From NCBI RefSeq assembly GCF_006345805.1, contig NC_043008.1:5332001-5396000 (forward strand): a stretch of DNA of 64,000 nucleotides, in the 5' to 3' direction. Position 1 is the first letter of the stretch, and every line of letters begins with the position of its first letter. The translations under genes and the position numbers were made by a program. Under the pieces are notes generated by a model. That model saw only the letters and a program-made list of their open reading frames with translations. It was not told the DNA's origin and searched no databases. The DNA is from Octopus sinensis (lineage: Eukaryota). Below, piece after piece: positions 22,840-34,775 of this stretch.

Positions 22840-25614
22840 CTGGTGGTCAATGCGGTAACTAGGGATAGATAAGTGGTTGGTGACAGCTGTACAAACCATG
22901 TACAGGGATGCTGTCAGTACAGTAAGGTGAGGGTTGGCAATGAGTTTAGTGAAAAATTCCAGGTAGGAGTAGGGGCTCACCAAGGATCAGTCCTCAGCCT
23001 CTCTTATTCATCATAGACCTCCAGGCAATAACAAAGAAATTCAAGACAGGGTGTCCCTGGGAGATCCTCTATGTTGATGAACTTGCTCTAATAGCTGAGA
23101 CTATCAGAACTAGAGAAGTTTCAAGTGTGAAAGCAAGGTCTAGAATCGAAGGGCCTTAGAGGTTATCAATGAAAAACCAAAGTGTTGATAAGTAGGAAGG
23201 CAGGCAAATCACAAATCCCTGCTTGATCTATAAAAAAGGTATAAGATGTACCTGGTGTAAACTAGGGACACATAAGAGGTATAGTAATATCAAAGAAGGC
23301 TACCACAGGGGCAATAAAATATGCAGCTTTAGTTACATGTCAGGGGGAAAAACTAGAAGTAGTCCATAGCTTCCGTTACCTAGGTGACCAAGTCAGTAGT
23401 GGGTGTGGATGCTCTGAGAGTGTAGCTGCTAGAATAAGAATATGAGCAAAGTTCAGAGAGCCCCTACCTCTGCTGGTAACAAAGGGCTTCTCACTCAGAG
23501 TGAAAAGTAGACTGTATGACACGTGTGCAAACCAAAGTCCTAATAAGTAGGAAGGTAGGCAAACCACAAATCCCTTCAGGTATATGGCCCTGCTTGATCT
23601 GTAGAAAAGGCGTAGGTAGAAACTCTATAAGATGTACCTTGTGTAAGCTATGGACACATAAGAGGTGCAGCAATATCAAAGGAAGGCTAACTGGGAAGAT
23701 AGTTTTTGTATGTGGCAGATGCTCAGGAGCAATAAACACTGAAAATGCGCAGAGAACAACTTCCGCCACATTCCAGGGAGAAAAACTAGAAGTAGTTGAC
23801 AGATTCCGTTACCTACGTGACCAAGTCAGTAGCGGGGGAGGGTGCGCTGAAAGTGTAGCTGATAGAATAAGAATAGGCTGGGCAAAGTTCAGAGAGATCC
23901 TACCTCTGCTGGTGACAAAAGGCCGTTCACTCAGAGTAAAAGGTAGACGGTATGGCGCATGTGTACGAACAGCCATGCTACATAGAAGTGAAACATGGGT
24001 CGTGACTGCTGAGGACATGCGTAAGCTTGCAAGAAATGAAGCCAGTATGCTCCGCTGGATGTGTAATGTCAGAGTGTAAGCACCCTGAGAGAAACGTTGG
24101 ACTGAAGAAGCATCAGATGTGGTGTGCAAGAGAGACAACTGTGCTGGTATGATTATGTGTTGTGTATGGATGAGGGCAGCTGTGTGAAAAAGCGTCACAC
24201 CCTAACAGTGAAGAGGTAGACCCAGAAGACCTGGGATGCGATGGTGAAGCACAATCTTCGAATGTCGGGCCTCACAGAGGCAATGACAAGTGACTGAGGC
24301 CTTTGGAGATATGCTCTGCTAGAGAAGACCCAGCAAACCAAGTGAGACCATAACTGTGGCGTATACCAGTGTAGCATAACTGGCTCATTTGAAGAGAACC
24401 CTTCAATCATTGGACAATAAATTGTGCTTGAGAAGACCTGGTGAGTCAAGTTGCCTTTGCCAGTGCCAGCTGTCTGGCCCTAGTGCCAGTGGCATGTAAA
24501 AAGCACCTACTACACTTTCAGAGTAGTTGGCATTAGGAAAGGCATCCAGCTGTAGAAACCTTGCCTGTTCAAACTGGGGCCTGATGCAGTGGTTTGCCAG
24601 TCCTCAGTCAAACCCTCCAACCCATGCCAACATGGAAAGCAGATGTTAAACGATGATGATAAAAGATTTTTTTTAGTTTCTATATTGCAGGTGGATGTTG
24701 AAAAAACGATGTAATCCAAACTTGGATGTCTGTTATTCTTTATCAGATTTGGATTAAGACCTTTTATTAATGTCAGCCGATGAGAAAAATTGGGGGGAAA
24801 AATGCATTGCAGTCTAGAAATTTCATGATTTTGTGGAGGAATTTGAAGGGATTTAAACTGGGTGCTCCAGCTAGAATTGACCACAAGTATATATAAAAGC
24901 GGAGTTGTTTTGATTATTAGTGATAAGAGCTATTGGATAGATATAGGGACTATAACAGAGTGGATATAGTAAGCTAAGGAATTTTTGGTAATTTAAATTT
25001 ATACTCTCGAAATCGAACCACATCCAACGACTGGCAGCCATGCCAACCTCCCTTCATTGGACACTAAACTCTGCTTGCGAAGACCTGTTGGGCAAGTGAA
25101 ATCGAAATTGAACCAAATCCTATGACTGGCACCCGGCCGTTGCCAGTGCAGGTGGCAAGTAAAGAAACACTGTTTCGACCCTATGCTTGCGGAGACCTAT
25201 TGAGTCAAGTACATCAACATCAAAAATCAATGGAAATTGTTGTTGTAATCCCTGTGCTGGTGGCTCGTAAAAAGCACCATCCGAACGTGGCCGATGCCAG
25301 CGCCACCATGACTGGCTTCCGTGCCGGTGGCACGTATAAAGCACCAACCGATCGTGGCTGTTGCCAGCCTCCCCTGGCACCTGCACCGGTGGCACATAAA
25401 AAGCACCCACTACACTCTCGGAGTGGTTGGCGTTAGGAAGGGCATCTAGCTGTAGAAACACTGCCAGATCAGACTGGAGCCTGGTGCAACCTCCTGGCTT
25501 CCCAGACCCGGTTGAACCATCCAACCCATGCTAGCATGCTAAATGGACGTTAAACGATGATGATGATTATTTGTTGAAGGCAATAAAAATAATATACTGA
25601 GAATTATAACTTAC

Positions 25615-25725
25615 GTATTGTTACCCCATTGGTTTAGTAATTTCCCTTCTTTGCTGAAGACTACGATTGTTGGAACTAAAATTGGTTTGTTTTGATCCTG
25701 GAAAATGTTGCTTTTATTGAAGGAT
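25615..25725 (-). CDS. PAM: PAM exon i (PAL): SFNKSNIFQDQNKPILVPTIVVFSKEGKLLNQWGNN(T)
   Basis: ccattccag acceptor, GTAAGT donor, phase 2 to 2. PI..TI...G.....WG.N motif. Confidence 0.94.
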
Positions 25726-25895
25726 CTGGAATGGAAATATATAACAGAAAAATAAAGAAATAGAAAAACAAAAATGATATTTAACATGAAACAAAAATTT
25801 GATAAAAAGAAAATAAGGAACATTTAAGTTTAATTAAATTGCAGTTTAGATCTTTGGGTGGGGGTGGGGGGTAATAATAAAAAGTATTTTTAAAA

Positions 25896-26300
25896 GGCGC
25901 AGGAGTGGCTGTGTAGTAAGTAGCTTGCTTACGAACCACATGGTTCTGGGTTCAGTCCCACTGTGTGGCACCTTGGGCAAGTGCCTTCTACTATAGTCTC
26001 GGGCCGAGCAAAGCCTTGTGAGTGGATTTGGTAGACGGAAACTGAAAGAAGCCCGTCGTATATACATATGTATGTGTGTGTGTGTGTGTGTATGTGTGTC
26101 TGTGTTCGTCCCCTCAACATCGCTTGACAACCGATGCTGGTGTGTTTACGTCCCTGTAACTTAGCGGTTCGGCAAAAGAGACCAATAGAATAAGTACTAG
26201 GCTTACAAAGAATAAGTCCTGGGGTTGATTTGCTTGACTAAAGGCGGTGCTCCAGCATGGCCACAGTCAAAATGACTGAAACAAGTAAAAGGGTAAAAGA
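25896..26300 (+). mobile_element. tRNA-derived SINE with internal (TG)n (octopod OR/OK-type by recollection)
   Basis: Head ggcgcaggagtggctgtg...gggttcagtccca, CORE-like ggcaccttgggcaagtg, tail gactgaaacaagtaaaag. Other copies at 13938-14338 (-), 47500-47872 (-) and 59240-59925 (+, interrupted). Confidence 0.85.
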
Positions 26301-27774
26301 GTTAAAAGAGAGTATCCCCAGATACTCCCCACCCTTATTTAAATGCAGGGCAACCATGTATCTTTTCTCTACTGCAAGACACTTCTTACCCACAGCATAA
26401 AAACACTTCTCTACCCTTTCAAATACAACCCCACACTTAGTTAAAGCTTTTGCATGAAAATAGCACCCAGTACACACTGTAAAGTGGTTGGCATTAAGAA
26501 ATGCATCCAGCTGCAGAAACCATGCCAAAGCTGACATGGAACATGATTGTCATGAATTATAATATCCTATCATTAATTCCTTTCTACAATAGTAAATAAT
26601 AGATAAAAATACAAATATCTTATTTTGTAGTGAGTATGAAAATGCAGCATAGTGTTGAATGAGGTTGATAGATACTTTATATAAAACAATGTGTCTGTAG
26701 CGATATTGATATCCTCACTCTTTGAGAGACACAATATGAATGATCTCGTTGGAGATTGCAACCATGTATTTGGCCTCTGTATTATGTTAGGTGCGACTGT
26801 GCAGCATTCAAAAGGAGACATTTGTCACCAACTCCTTACGTACGGTCGTATATTCCTACATGTCTTAACGTGATTAACGGATTAAACGGTGAGCAGGATT
26901 AAAGTTTGAATAAAAGCCTTTTTGAAGTAGTTTATGACAATGATACAGCCCTGTGACTCATTGGATCCTTACAGCCCGTCCAACCCATGCCAGTATGGAA
27001 AACAGGTGTTGTTAGATGATGATGAAGACGAAGAATTTAACTGGGAAAGAGAAGTTCCCATAACTAGAACAAACTCCTTCCCCAAACAGGAACTCACCCC
27101 GAACATCTGCAAATCAACGACTGCAGGAAAATGTGGGTAGAAAGGAAATGAAGAGAGCCTGGAAATTGTAGTTATGATACTGTGCCGGCGGCACATAAAG
27201 AGCACCATTGGAACGTGGTCGATGCCAGCGCTGCCTTGACTGGCTTCTGTGCCAGTGTCACGTAAAAGTACCAACCGATTGTGGCCGCTGCCAGCCTACC
27301 CTGGCACCTGTGCCGGTGACATGTAAAAAGCACCCACTACACTCACAAAGCGGTTGGCGTTAGGAAGGGCATCCAGCTGTAGAAACACTGCCAGATCAGA
27401 CTGGAGCCTGGTGCAGCCTCCTAGCTTCCTAGATCCCGGTCGAACCGTCCAAGCCGTGCTAGCACGGAAAACGGACATTAAACGATGACGATGATGAATA
27501 GAAAAAACATACAAGGAAGATGAGTGAGTGAGTGCCTTACTCCATATGCTAAAGTGACACCATGGAATGAATCCAAAGTAATTCCAGTAGGATTCATTCT
27601 TTTCCCAAGTAATACTAATGAAAATGTTTTTGAACATAACACTGCAAGCTGGCCAAGCATTCCTCACTCACTGCACTTTGCAACAGTAACAACAAAGAAT
27701 TTGCTCATATATTAATGTTGCTGTGGTTTTGACTATTCCATCTTTTTAATTGAGACAAAGTGTAACTAGGACTA

Positions 27775-28200
27775 CATCATCATTGTTCGACTGTGGTCGA
27801 GACAATGGAATTTACCATGCTACGCCAGACTTCACAGTCCATCATAGCATTACGGAGGTCCTGTTGCTGGATGCCTGTATCCCTGGAGATTACATCAGGG
27901 TAGGAGAGTGTGCGCCCTCTGGTATCGCGAGCAGATGGCTTCCAGAGGAGATGAGTAGAAATTACCTCGTTTTCAGCTCTACAACAATGTCCAGCAAACT
28001 GGACTCTTCTATCTTTCACAAGAGATGATACAGGTGGTAATTTCCCATATATTTTTACTTTGGTTGGATGACGTTTCCTCGAGAGATTTTGAGCTCTCAT
28101 AAGGAGGCGAGTGTAAGATCCATCCAACCGCCTCTCGAGCTTTTTTGATAACGTTCAGGTTTCTGAGCCATATAGTAGAATTGGTCCGACTGTGGCACCA
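27775..28200 (-). mobile_element. Second RTE family (B), 3' fragment
   Basis: ORF 27780..28127 (YTRLLMRAQNLS...RRVQFAGHCCR). Related pieces at 1-58 (-), 4598-4790 (+) and 16285-16668 (+). Confidence 0.85.
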
Positions 28201-29069
28201 GTACAACCTATATCAGTGGAGTAGAAAGGGCTCCTTAGCCTTAGTGAAGGCAATCTGTCTAGGGAGATAACCTTACAACAAATCACTCAGTCCGTAGCTT
28301 AGAAATACTGGGTTGACATCTAGCGGGAACAGCTTTATTCATGGAGGAGGAACTAGGACTACATCATCCAATTTCTATCACAATAAATTGTTAACTTGAG
28401 GAAGATTTTGGTTGCTGTTTCTAGCAGATCCAGTGACTATACAGAAGCTAGGCTCCTCATTGGCTCAGATTACAAAAAGTAGAATTGCCCAGTACTATCC
28501 AACACTTTGTATTTACGTCCAAATTCACATTGTTTATCTACAGAGAGGAGAGAACATCAGAGTGGTAAGACTGACTTACTTTGACCCTTTTAGCATTTAA
28601 ACTAACCATATCCAGCCCAAATATTCTACCTGTTTTATGTTCAAACCAACCAAATTTAGCTTTTCATACCTACCCTGCAATGTTATCCTAAAAATAAACA
28701 ATCACATCATTGAAATCTCAATGCTGCAAGATAATGCATGATTAGTTCAAAACAATGTAAATAAGCGAGGTCATTGCCAGTACCGCCTGACTGGCCCCTG
28801 TGCCGGTGGCACGTAAAAAGCACCCACTACACTCTTGGAGTGGTTGGCATTAGGAAGGTCATCCAGCTGTAGAAACTCTGCCAGATCAAGATTGGAGCTT
28901 GGTGCAGCCATTTGGTTCGCCAGCCCTCAGTCAAAATCGTCCAACCCATGCCAGCATGCAAAGCGGACGTTAAACGATGATGATGATGATACATTTGACA
29001 GAGAAATCTGATTCCTAAAGTGTTAATTATCAAGATTTAAACACAAAAGGGGGAGAAAAAAAACCTCAC

Positions 29070-29196
29070 CTTGTATTCCAGATTTGAGGTCCCCGATGAA
29101 AAACATGCACACTGCCATCAGGTCCTACACTAACACCACTGACATGGCCAAGGGTCAATCCATTCTTAGCTGGCCAATCAGGTACATAAGTCATAT
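29070..29196 (-). CDS. PAM: PAM exon h (PAL start): MTYVPDWPAKNGLTLGHVSGVSVGPDGSVHVFHRGPQIWNT(R)
   Basis: ttcttgtag acceptor, GTGAGG donor, phase 1 to 2. WP...GxVSGV...FHRG motif. Confidence 0.95.
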
Positions 29197-29596
29197 CTAC
29201 AAGAACCAAATAACATAGAACAGTGTATTAAGTCTAATTCTCCAAGAGAATCATGCATTACAAACACTCACATTTCTGTCAAGACAGCAACCACAAAAAT
29301 TTATATATGAAGAGGATAAACTAGTAAGATACATATACACAGCTAATTCAGTACAACCATATTAGGTCTAGAAAAATTCTTGGAAAGAAAAAAATAGACT
29401 CATTAATTTGATCAGGCAGCATGAAAACAGTAAAAAAATACTTCATTTACAGACATATACACATGCACACGTGTGCAGATAAGGTTCAGTTATTAAGAGG
29501 TTTACTTTACAACTTCATGATTACAGGTTCAATCCCAAATCACAGCACTTTTAGTCAATACTTTATGAAATATATATATATATATATATATATATA

Positions 29597-31994
29597 TTTC
29601 TGCGCCGTGAGGATGAAAGACTTGAGGTATTTCGTGTTGCAAGACAGTGTGTGAGAGAGAATCGTGACGTGGTAGGAGAGAAATGTGTTCGCAAGGATGA
29701 CGGTTCACTTGCGCTAAATGAGGATGCAACTATGAGACGCCACTATGAAAGGTTGCTGAATGAGGAAAATGAATGGGATAAAGAGAGTCTGCCGAATGTC
29801 GACCCAACAGAGGGACCAGCAATCCGAGTTGACAGTTCCTTAGTAGTTAAGGCAATTACAAGCATGAAAACAGGGAAAGCCCCAGGCCCATCAGGAATTA
29901 CTGCAGAGATGCTCAAAATGTCTGGTAGTGTTGGCTATAGCCTAGTCACCCGTATAGTTAACCAGGTGATACACGAAGGAGTCATACCCAATGACTGGTG
30001 TAGCAGCATAATAGTCAACTGCTACAAAGGTAAAGGTGACGCCCTAGATACAAATAACTACAGGGGTATCAAGCTGCTGGATCAGGTAATGAAGGTTACG
30101 GAGAGGGTTATAGCCCAACTAATTAGAGAGAGAGTTAGCTTAGATGAGATGCAATTTGGGTTCGTGCCAGGGAAAAGTACTACTGATGCTATATTCCTGG
30201 TAAGACAGCTGCAGGAGAAATACCTAGCCAAAGATAAGCCCCTGTACCTGGCTTTTGTTGACATGGAGAAAGCCTTCGACAGGGTCCCCCAATCCCTTAT
30301 CTGGTGGTCAATGAGGAAACTAGGGATAGATGAATGGTTAGTGAGAGTTGTGCAAGCCATGTACAGAGACGCTGCTAGTAAGGTGAGGGTTGGCAACGAG
30401 TACAGTGAAGAATTCCGGGTAGAGGTTGGGGTCCACCAAGGTTCAGTCCTCAGTCCCCTCCTATTTATCATAGTCCTCCAGGCAATAATGGAGGAATTCA
30501 AGACAGGATGCCCTGGGAGCTCCTCTATGCTGATGACCTTGCTCTAATTGCTGAGTCACTATCAGAACTGGAGGAGAAGTTTCAGGTGTGGAAGCAAGGA
30601 TTAGAATCGAAGGGCCTTAGAATCAACCTAGCCAAAACCAAAGTCCTAATAAGTAGGAAGGTAGACCAATCACAAACGCCTTCAGGTAGATGGCCCTGCT
30701 CGATCTGTAAAAAAGGTGTAAGTAGAAACTATAAGGTGCACCAAGTGTAAGCTATGGACACATAAGAGGTGCAGCAATGTCAAAGGAAGGCTAACTAGGA
30801 AAATAGTTTTTGTCTGTGGCAAATGCTCAGGAGCAATAAACACTGGAAATGTGCAGAGACCAACTTCTGCCACGTTCCAGGGAGAAAAACTAGAAGTAGT
30901 TGATAGCTTCTGCTACCTAGGTGACCAAGTCAGTAGCGGGGGTGGGTGTGCTGAAAGTGTAACTGCTAGAGTAAGAATAGCTTGGGCAAAGTTTAGAGAG
31001 CTCTTACCCCTGCTGGTGACAAAAAGCCTCTCGCTCAGAGTAAAAGGCAGACTGTATGATGCATGTGTACGTACAGCCATGCTACATGGTAGTGAAACAT
31101 GGGCTGTGACTGCTGAGGATATGCGTAAGCTCGCAAGAAATGAAGCCAGTATGCTCCGATGGATGTGTAATGTCAGTGTTCATAATCGACAGAGTATAAG
31201 TACCTTGAGAGAAAAGTTGGACCTAAGAAGCATCAGTTGTGGTGTGCAAGAGAGACGTTTGCGCTGGTATGGTCATGTGACAAGAATGGCTGAAGATAGT
31301 TGTGTGCAAAAGTGCCACACCCTAGCAGTTGAGGGAACCTGTGGAAGAGGTAGACCCAGGAAAACCTGGGATGAGGTGGTGAAGCACGACCTTCAAACTT
31401 TAGGTCTCACTAAGGAAATGACTAGAGACCGAGACCTATGGAAGTATGTGTGCGTGAGAAGACCCGGCAAGACTAGTGAGACCATAACCCGTGGCCTCTA
31501 CCTGGTATGTAGCCAGTCAACTTATACATACCTTTCCTTCTTGGGACACAAAACTCCACATGTGAAGACCCGTTGAGGCAAGTGAAAATCAAGATCAAAC
31601 CAAATCAAATCAAATCAGATATCAGAACCAAAATCGAAGTCGATCAACATCAATGGAAATTGCAGCTGTGATACCAGTGCCGGTGACAAGTAAGCGAACC
31701 ATCAGATCATGGCCGTTGCCAGCGCCACCCCGACTGGCCTCCGTGCCGGTGGCACGTAAAAAGCACCATCCGTCCGTGGCCGTTTGCCAGCTCCGTCTGG
31801 CACCTGTGTGGGTGGCACGTAAAAAGCACCCACTACACTCACGGAGTGGTTGGCGTTAGGAAGGGCATCCAGCCATAGAAACACTGCCAGATCAGACTGG
31901 GCCTGATGCAGCCTTCTGGCTTCACAGACCCCAGTTGAACTGTCCAACCCATGCTAGCATGGAAAGCGGACGCTAAATGATGATGATGATGATG

Positions 31995-31997
<3 letters not shown>
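29597..31997 (+). mobile_element. RTE family A LINE, best-preserved copy (2.4 kb, 5'-truncated, frameshifted), in the PHM-PAL intron
   Basis: ORFs 29651..30547 (NYRGIKLL, QFGFVPG, FVDMEKAFD, QGSVLSP), 30508..30750 (YADD) and 30851..31576 (YLG, thumb), then 3'UTR and (GAT)n. Confidence 0.96.
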
Positions 31998-32040
<43 letters not shown>

Positions 32041-32199
32041 CATACATCATCATGATGTCCCTTGCAATGTCTGCTGGTGGGGGGGGGTATAGTCAATTAT
32101 ACTAACTGCAGCACATGATTTTGAAGGGGTAATGCTCAATGACTGTGGATTTGAACTAGTTGATCAGCCTCCCCATCAGACTAGCATGTGTTCTTCAAT

Positions 32200-32396
32200 A
32201 TGAAAAGACACTTGGGATGAGGATGATGATGTCATATATGCTGTCGATCACTCCTTTGACCAATTAGATGAAAGCTTCTTCACCAATGGGATCCAAGCAC
32301 CGCAATACCAAAGGACTACATTGAAAAATAAACTCCATTTGGTCACATTCAATGAGAGTATCTTGGTCAGCCTATGAACTTTTCACCTGACCCTTG
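32200..32396 (+). mobile_element. Mariner transposase C-terminal relic with right TIR-like end
   Basis: Manual translation DEDDDVIYAVDHSFDQLDESFFTNGIQA resembles mariner C-termini; followed by gaacttttcacctgaccct. Confidence 0.6.
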
Positions 32397-33438
32397 TGGT
32401 TAATTAAATTCACTCTAGTATCTAATCAGTATTTACTTTATTAAACCCAAAAGAATGAATGAAAAACTTAATCATCATCATCATTTAAAGTTCGTTTTCC
32501 ATTCTGGTATAGGTTGGATGGTTTGACATGGGGCTGACCAGCTGGGTAGCTGTTCGTACTCAAACTGTCTGCTGTGGTATGGTGTCTATGACTGGATGTC
32601 CCTCCTAACACCAACCACTTTATAAAGTGTATTAGGTGCTTCTTTTTACGGGCATGGGTGCATTTATGCAGCAATGGCACAAGTGCATTTTATGCGGCAC
32701 CAACACCTGTAAAAGACAAGTCTATCTGTATGGATGACAGCAATTTTACTTCACTTGGGATGACTTCTGAAGTACAGCAAATTGCCACAACTCTTGGTCC
32801 CTTGTCATTCCCCCAGTCAAGCTGGTGGAATAATATTGATGGGATTTGAAATTAGAATGTAAAGGGACACAAGTAAGTATAAGATTTGACCATGCTTCTG
32901 CCATGCTACAACTAAGACGATAAAATTACTTTAAAACTTTGTAGCACCGCCTGACTGGCATCTGTGTCAGTGACATGTAAAAGCACCAACCAATCGTGGC
33001 TATTTGCCAGCCTCGTCTGGCCCCTTTGCCGGTGGCACGTAAAAAACACCCACTACACTCACGGAGTGGTTGGTGTTAGGAAGGGCATCCAGCTGTAGAA
33101 ACACTGCCAGATCAAACTGGAGCTTGGTGCAGCCTCCTGGCTTCCCAGACCCCAGTCAAACCGTCCAACTCATGCTAGCATGGAAAACGGACGTCAAACG
33201 ATGATAAGAATCTGGAACGCTTTATTTCTATTGCAATACTTTGGTTTTTGGTGCTGAATATGCAGCCAGTGATCCCCAAAATATCCTGGTACCTTGTTAT
33301 CATAAGAATCAAACTGTTGATTAAAACGTTTGTACTGATTGGTTATTTTATAATGATCAGAATTCTGCTGTGACAAAAACTTATAACTTTTATGAAAAAC
33401 TGGATAATTATAATTTTTCTCATTGCTATATTGCCTAC

Positions 33439-33716
33439 CTTGGAACTGTTGTTGAGAATCACTTTTCTCTCTTGTTATCTGAGAATTTTTATTTAACCGC
33501 TGGTGAACGGCATTTTCACTGGGGTGTGTCTTTGACTGCAATGCTTTCTGTTCCAAATATGGATTATAAGGCAACTGCTCGACGGATGACGCTGGGATGT
33601 ATTTAGTGAAATCTGGAAATTTATTATTAATGCATTCTATAAAGTTTGGTATATGGTCTTCACTGTGGGAGTAGTACATCATGTAAAAGTTGCACATCTC
33701 GTCTTCATGGGTTGGT
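33439..33716 (-). CDS. PAM: PAM exon g (PHM end + linker): PTHEDEMCNFYMMYY...SDSQQQFQ(D)
   Basis: cccattgcag acceptor; EMCNFY contains the CuM Met ligand. The 3' boundary is the best phase-1 donor (CAAG|GTAGGC) and is less certain, because the frame stays open beyond it. Confidence 0.85.
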
Positions 33717-34419
33717 CTGCAATGGGAATAAACATTGGAGTTAATTATTAAGGTTTCAGATAATGAACACAATTGATTATATGAGGGGGGGGCAGAGAAA
33801 GAGTAGTTACATATGATTACGATCTTAGAAAGCAAACCCAACAATATGGTTGGAGTTATTTCAGATCACTTATCTACCTATCTACCTATATAAAAGAGGA
33901 AAAAAACTTGCACACTTTGGCTTTGGTAAGGATTCAATGGCACAAGACGTGCTAGGATTGAGCTGAAAGTTTACACACCTATAGAAGGCGTGGTGCGTGG
34001 TGTAGTTACAGCCAGAGTAGGTTTCAAGTCTCTATCTCAATAACAAAGGCCCGAAACAATGCATTTTCTGCGAGTGAGTGGATGTTATACAATATTGCCT
34101 TGAGTTGTGTTCATGCAACATGTTGGATTCTACATGTGACAGTGCGCGTGTTTGTGTGTATGCAACAGAAAAATGGGGCGAAAACACGTTCAATTTTTGA
34201 ATTTTTCGAAAAATATATATGAGCATATACATAGAAAAATTTCCTGAATCAATTGGAGCAAGTTTGAATTCTCTAGCTTGAAAGATGCAAATTCTAGCAG
34301 TTTTGAGTGTGCCTTTTTAAGGAGTTCTCAGTTGAAAATGGTGTCAAAAAATAGCTCAAAATGAGAGAATTATTTTGCAGACCGAATCGCCTCAAAAATC
34401 AAACGGGAAGTGCTCTTAA

Positions 34420-34775
34420 TCTATATATATAAAGCTGAAGTTGTCTGTGTGTGGAAGGTTTGTTAGCCTTCAACTAACACTATCTCCTCCGAGACCCTGC
34501 AGCGCAAGTTGACCAAAATTGAGAGTATGATAGAAGAAGGCTTGCTCTTCCTTCCGTAGAAGATATAATTCAAATCGGACCATGTTAACACCAAAAATTA
34601 TTTACATAAAATACGATTTTTGTACTGCTATATCGCCATTTTTCAGTGTATTTCAACCAGAAAAATGTTCACTTAAAGAGAATAACAAGCTACATAATGC
34701 AAAATTTTTCCTTTTCAAAAATTCCAATTCTAAAGGATCGAAACAAACCCAAGCAACACCAGGCGATACTGCTAG
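34420..34775 (+). mobile_element. Non-autonomous Helitron-like element
   Basis: Starts a|TCTATATATAT, ends with the hairpin-like cccaagcaacaccaggcg and CTAG|t, no TSD. A second copy lies at 2808-3203 (-). Confidence 0.8.

Larger units (their letters stand above)
20020..24660 (+). mobile_element. Degenerate near-full-length RTE family A cluster (AP endonuclease to RT to 3'UTR) with nested insertions
   Basis: ORF 19992..20459 is APE-like (SAYAPQ, VGNFNGH, EFCDAN). RT pieces at 22040-22122, 22835-23522 and 23516-24079. Interrupted at 21211-22038 and 22123-22834. Confidence 0.9.

Noticed and set aside
25896-25975. tRNA genes (also about 2290-2348, 2620-2680, 47150-47230)
   Set aside because: These are tRNA-derived SINE heads continuing into SINE bodies; no complete cloverleaf.
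29272-29275. 4-nt micro-exon (gacag|AAAT|gtgagt) that could join the phase-0 donor at 33293 to exon h
   Set aside because: The signals are suggestive but easily occur by chance; unsupported without cDNA.
29651-31576. Active retrotransposon or host RT gene
   Set aside because: 5'-truncated (no endonuclease), with frameshifts just before YADD and within the finger region.
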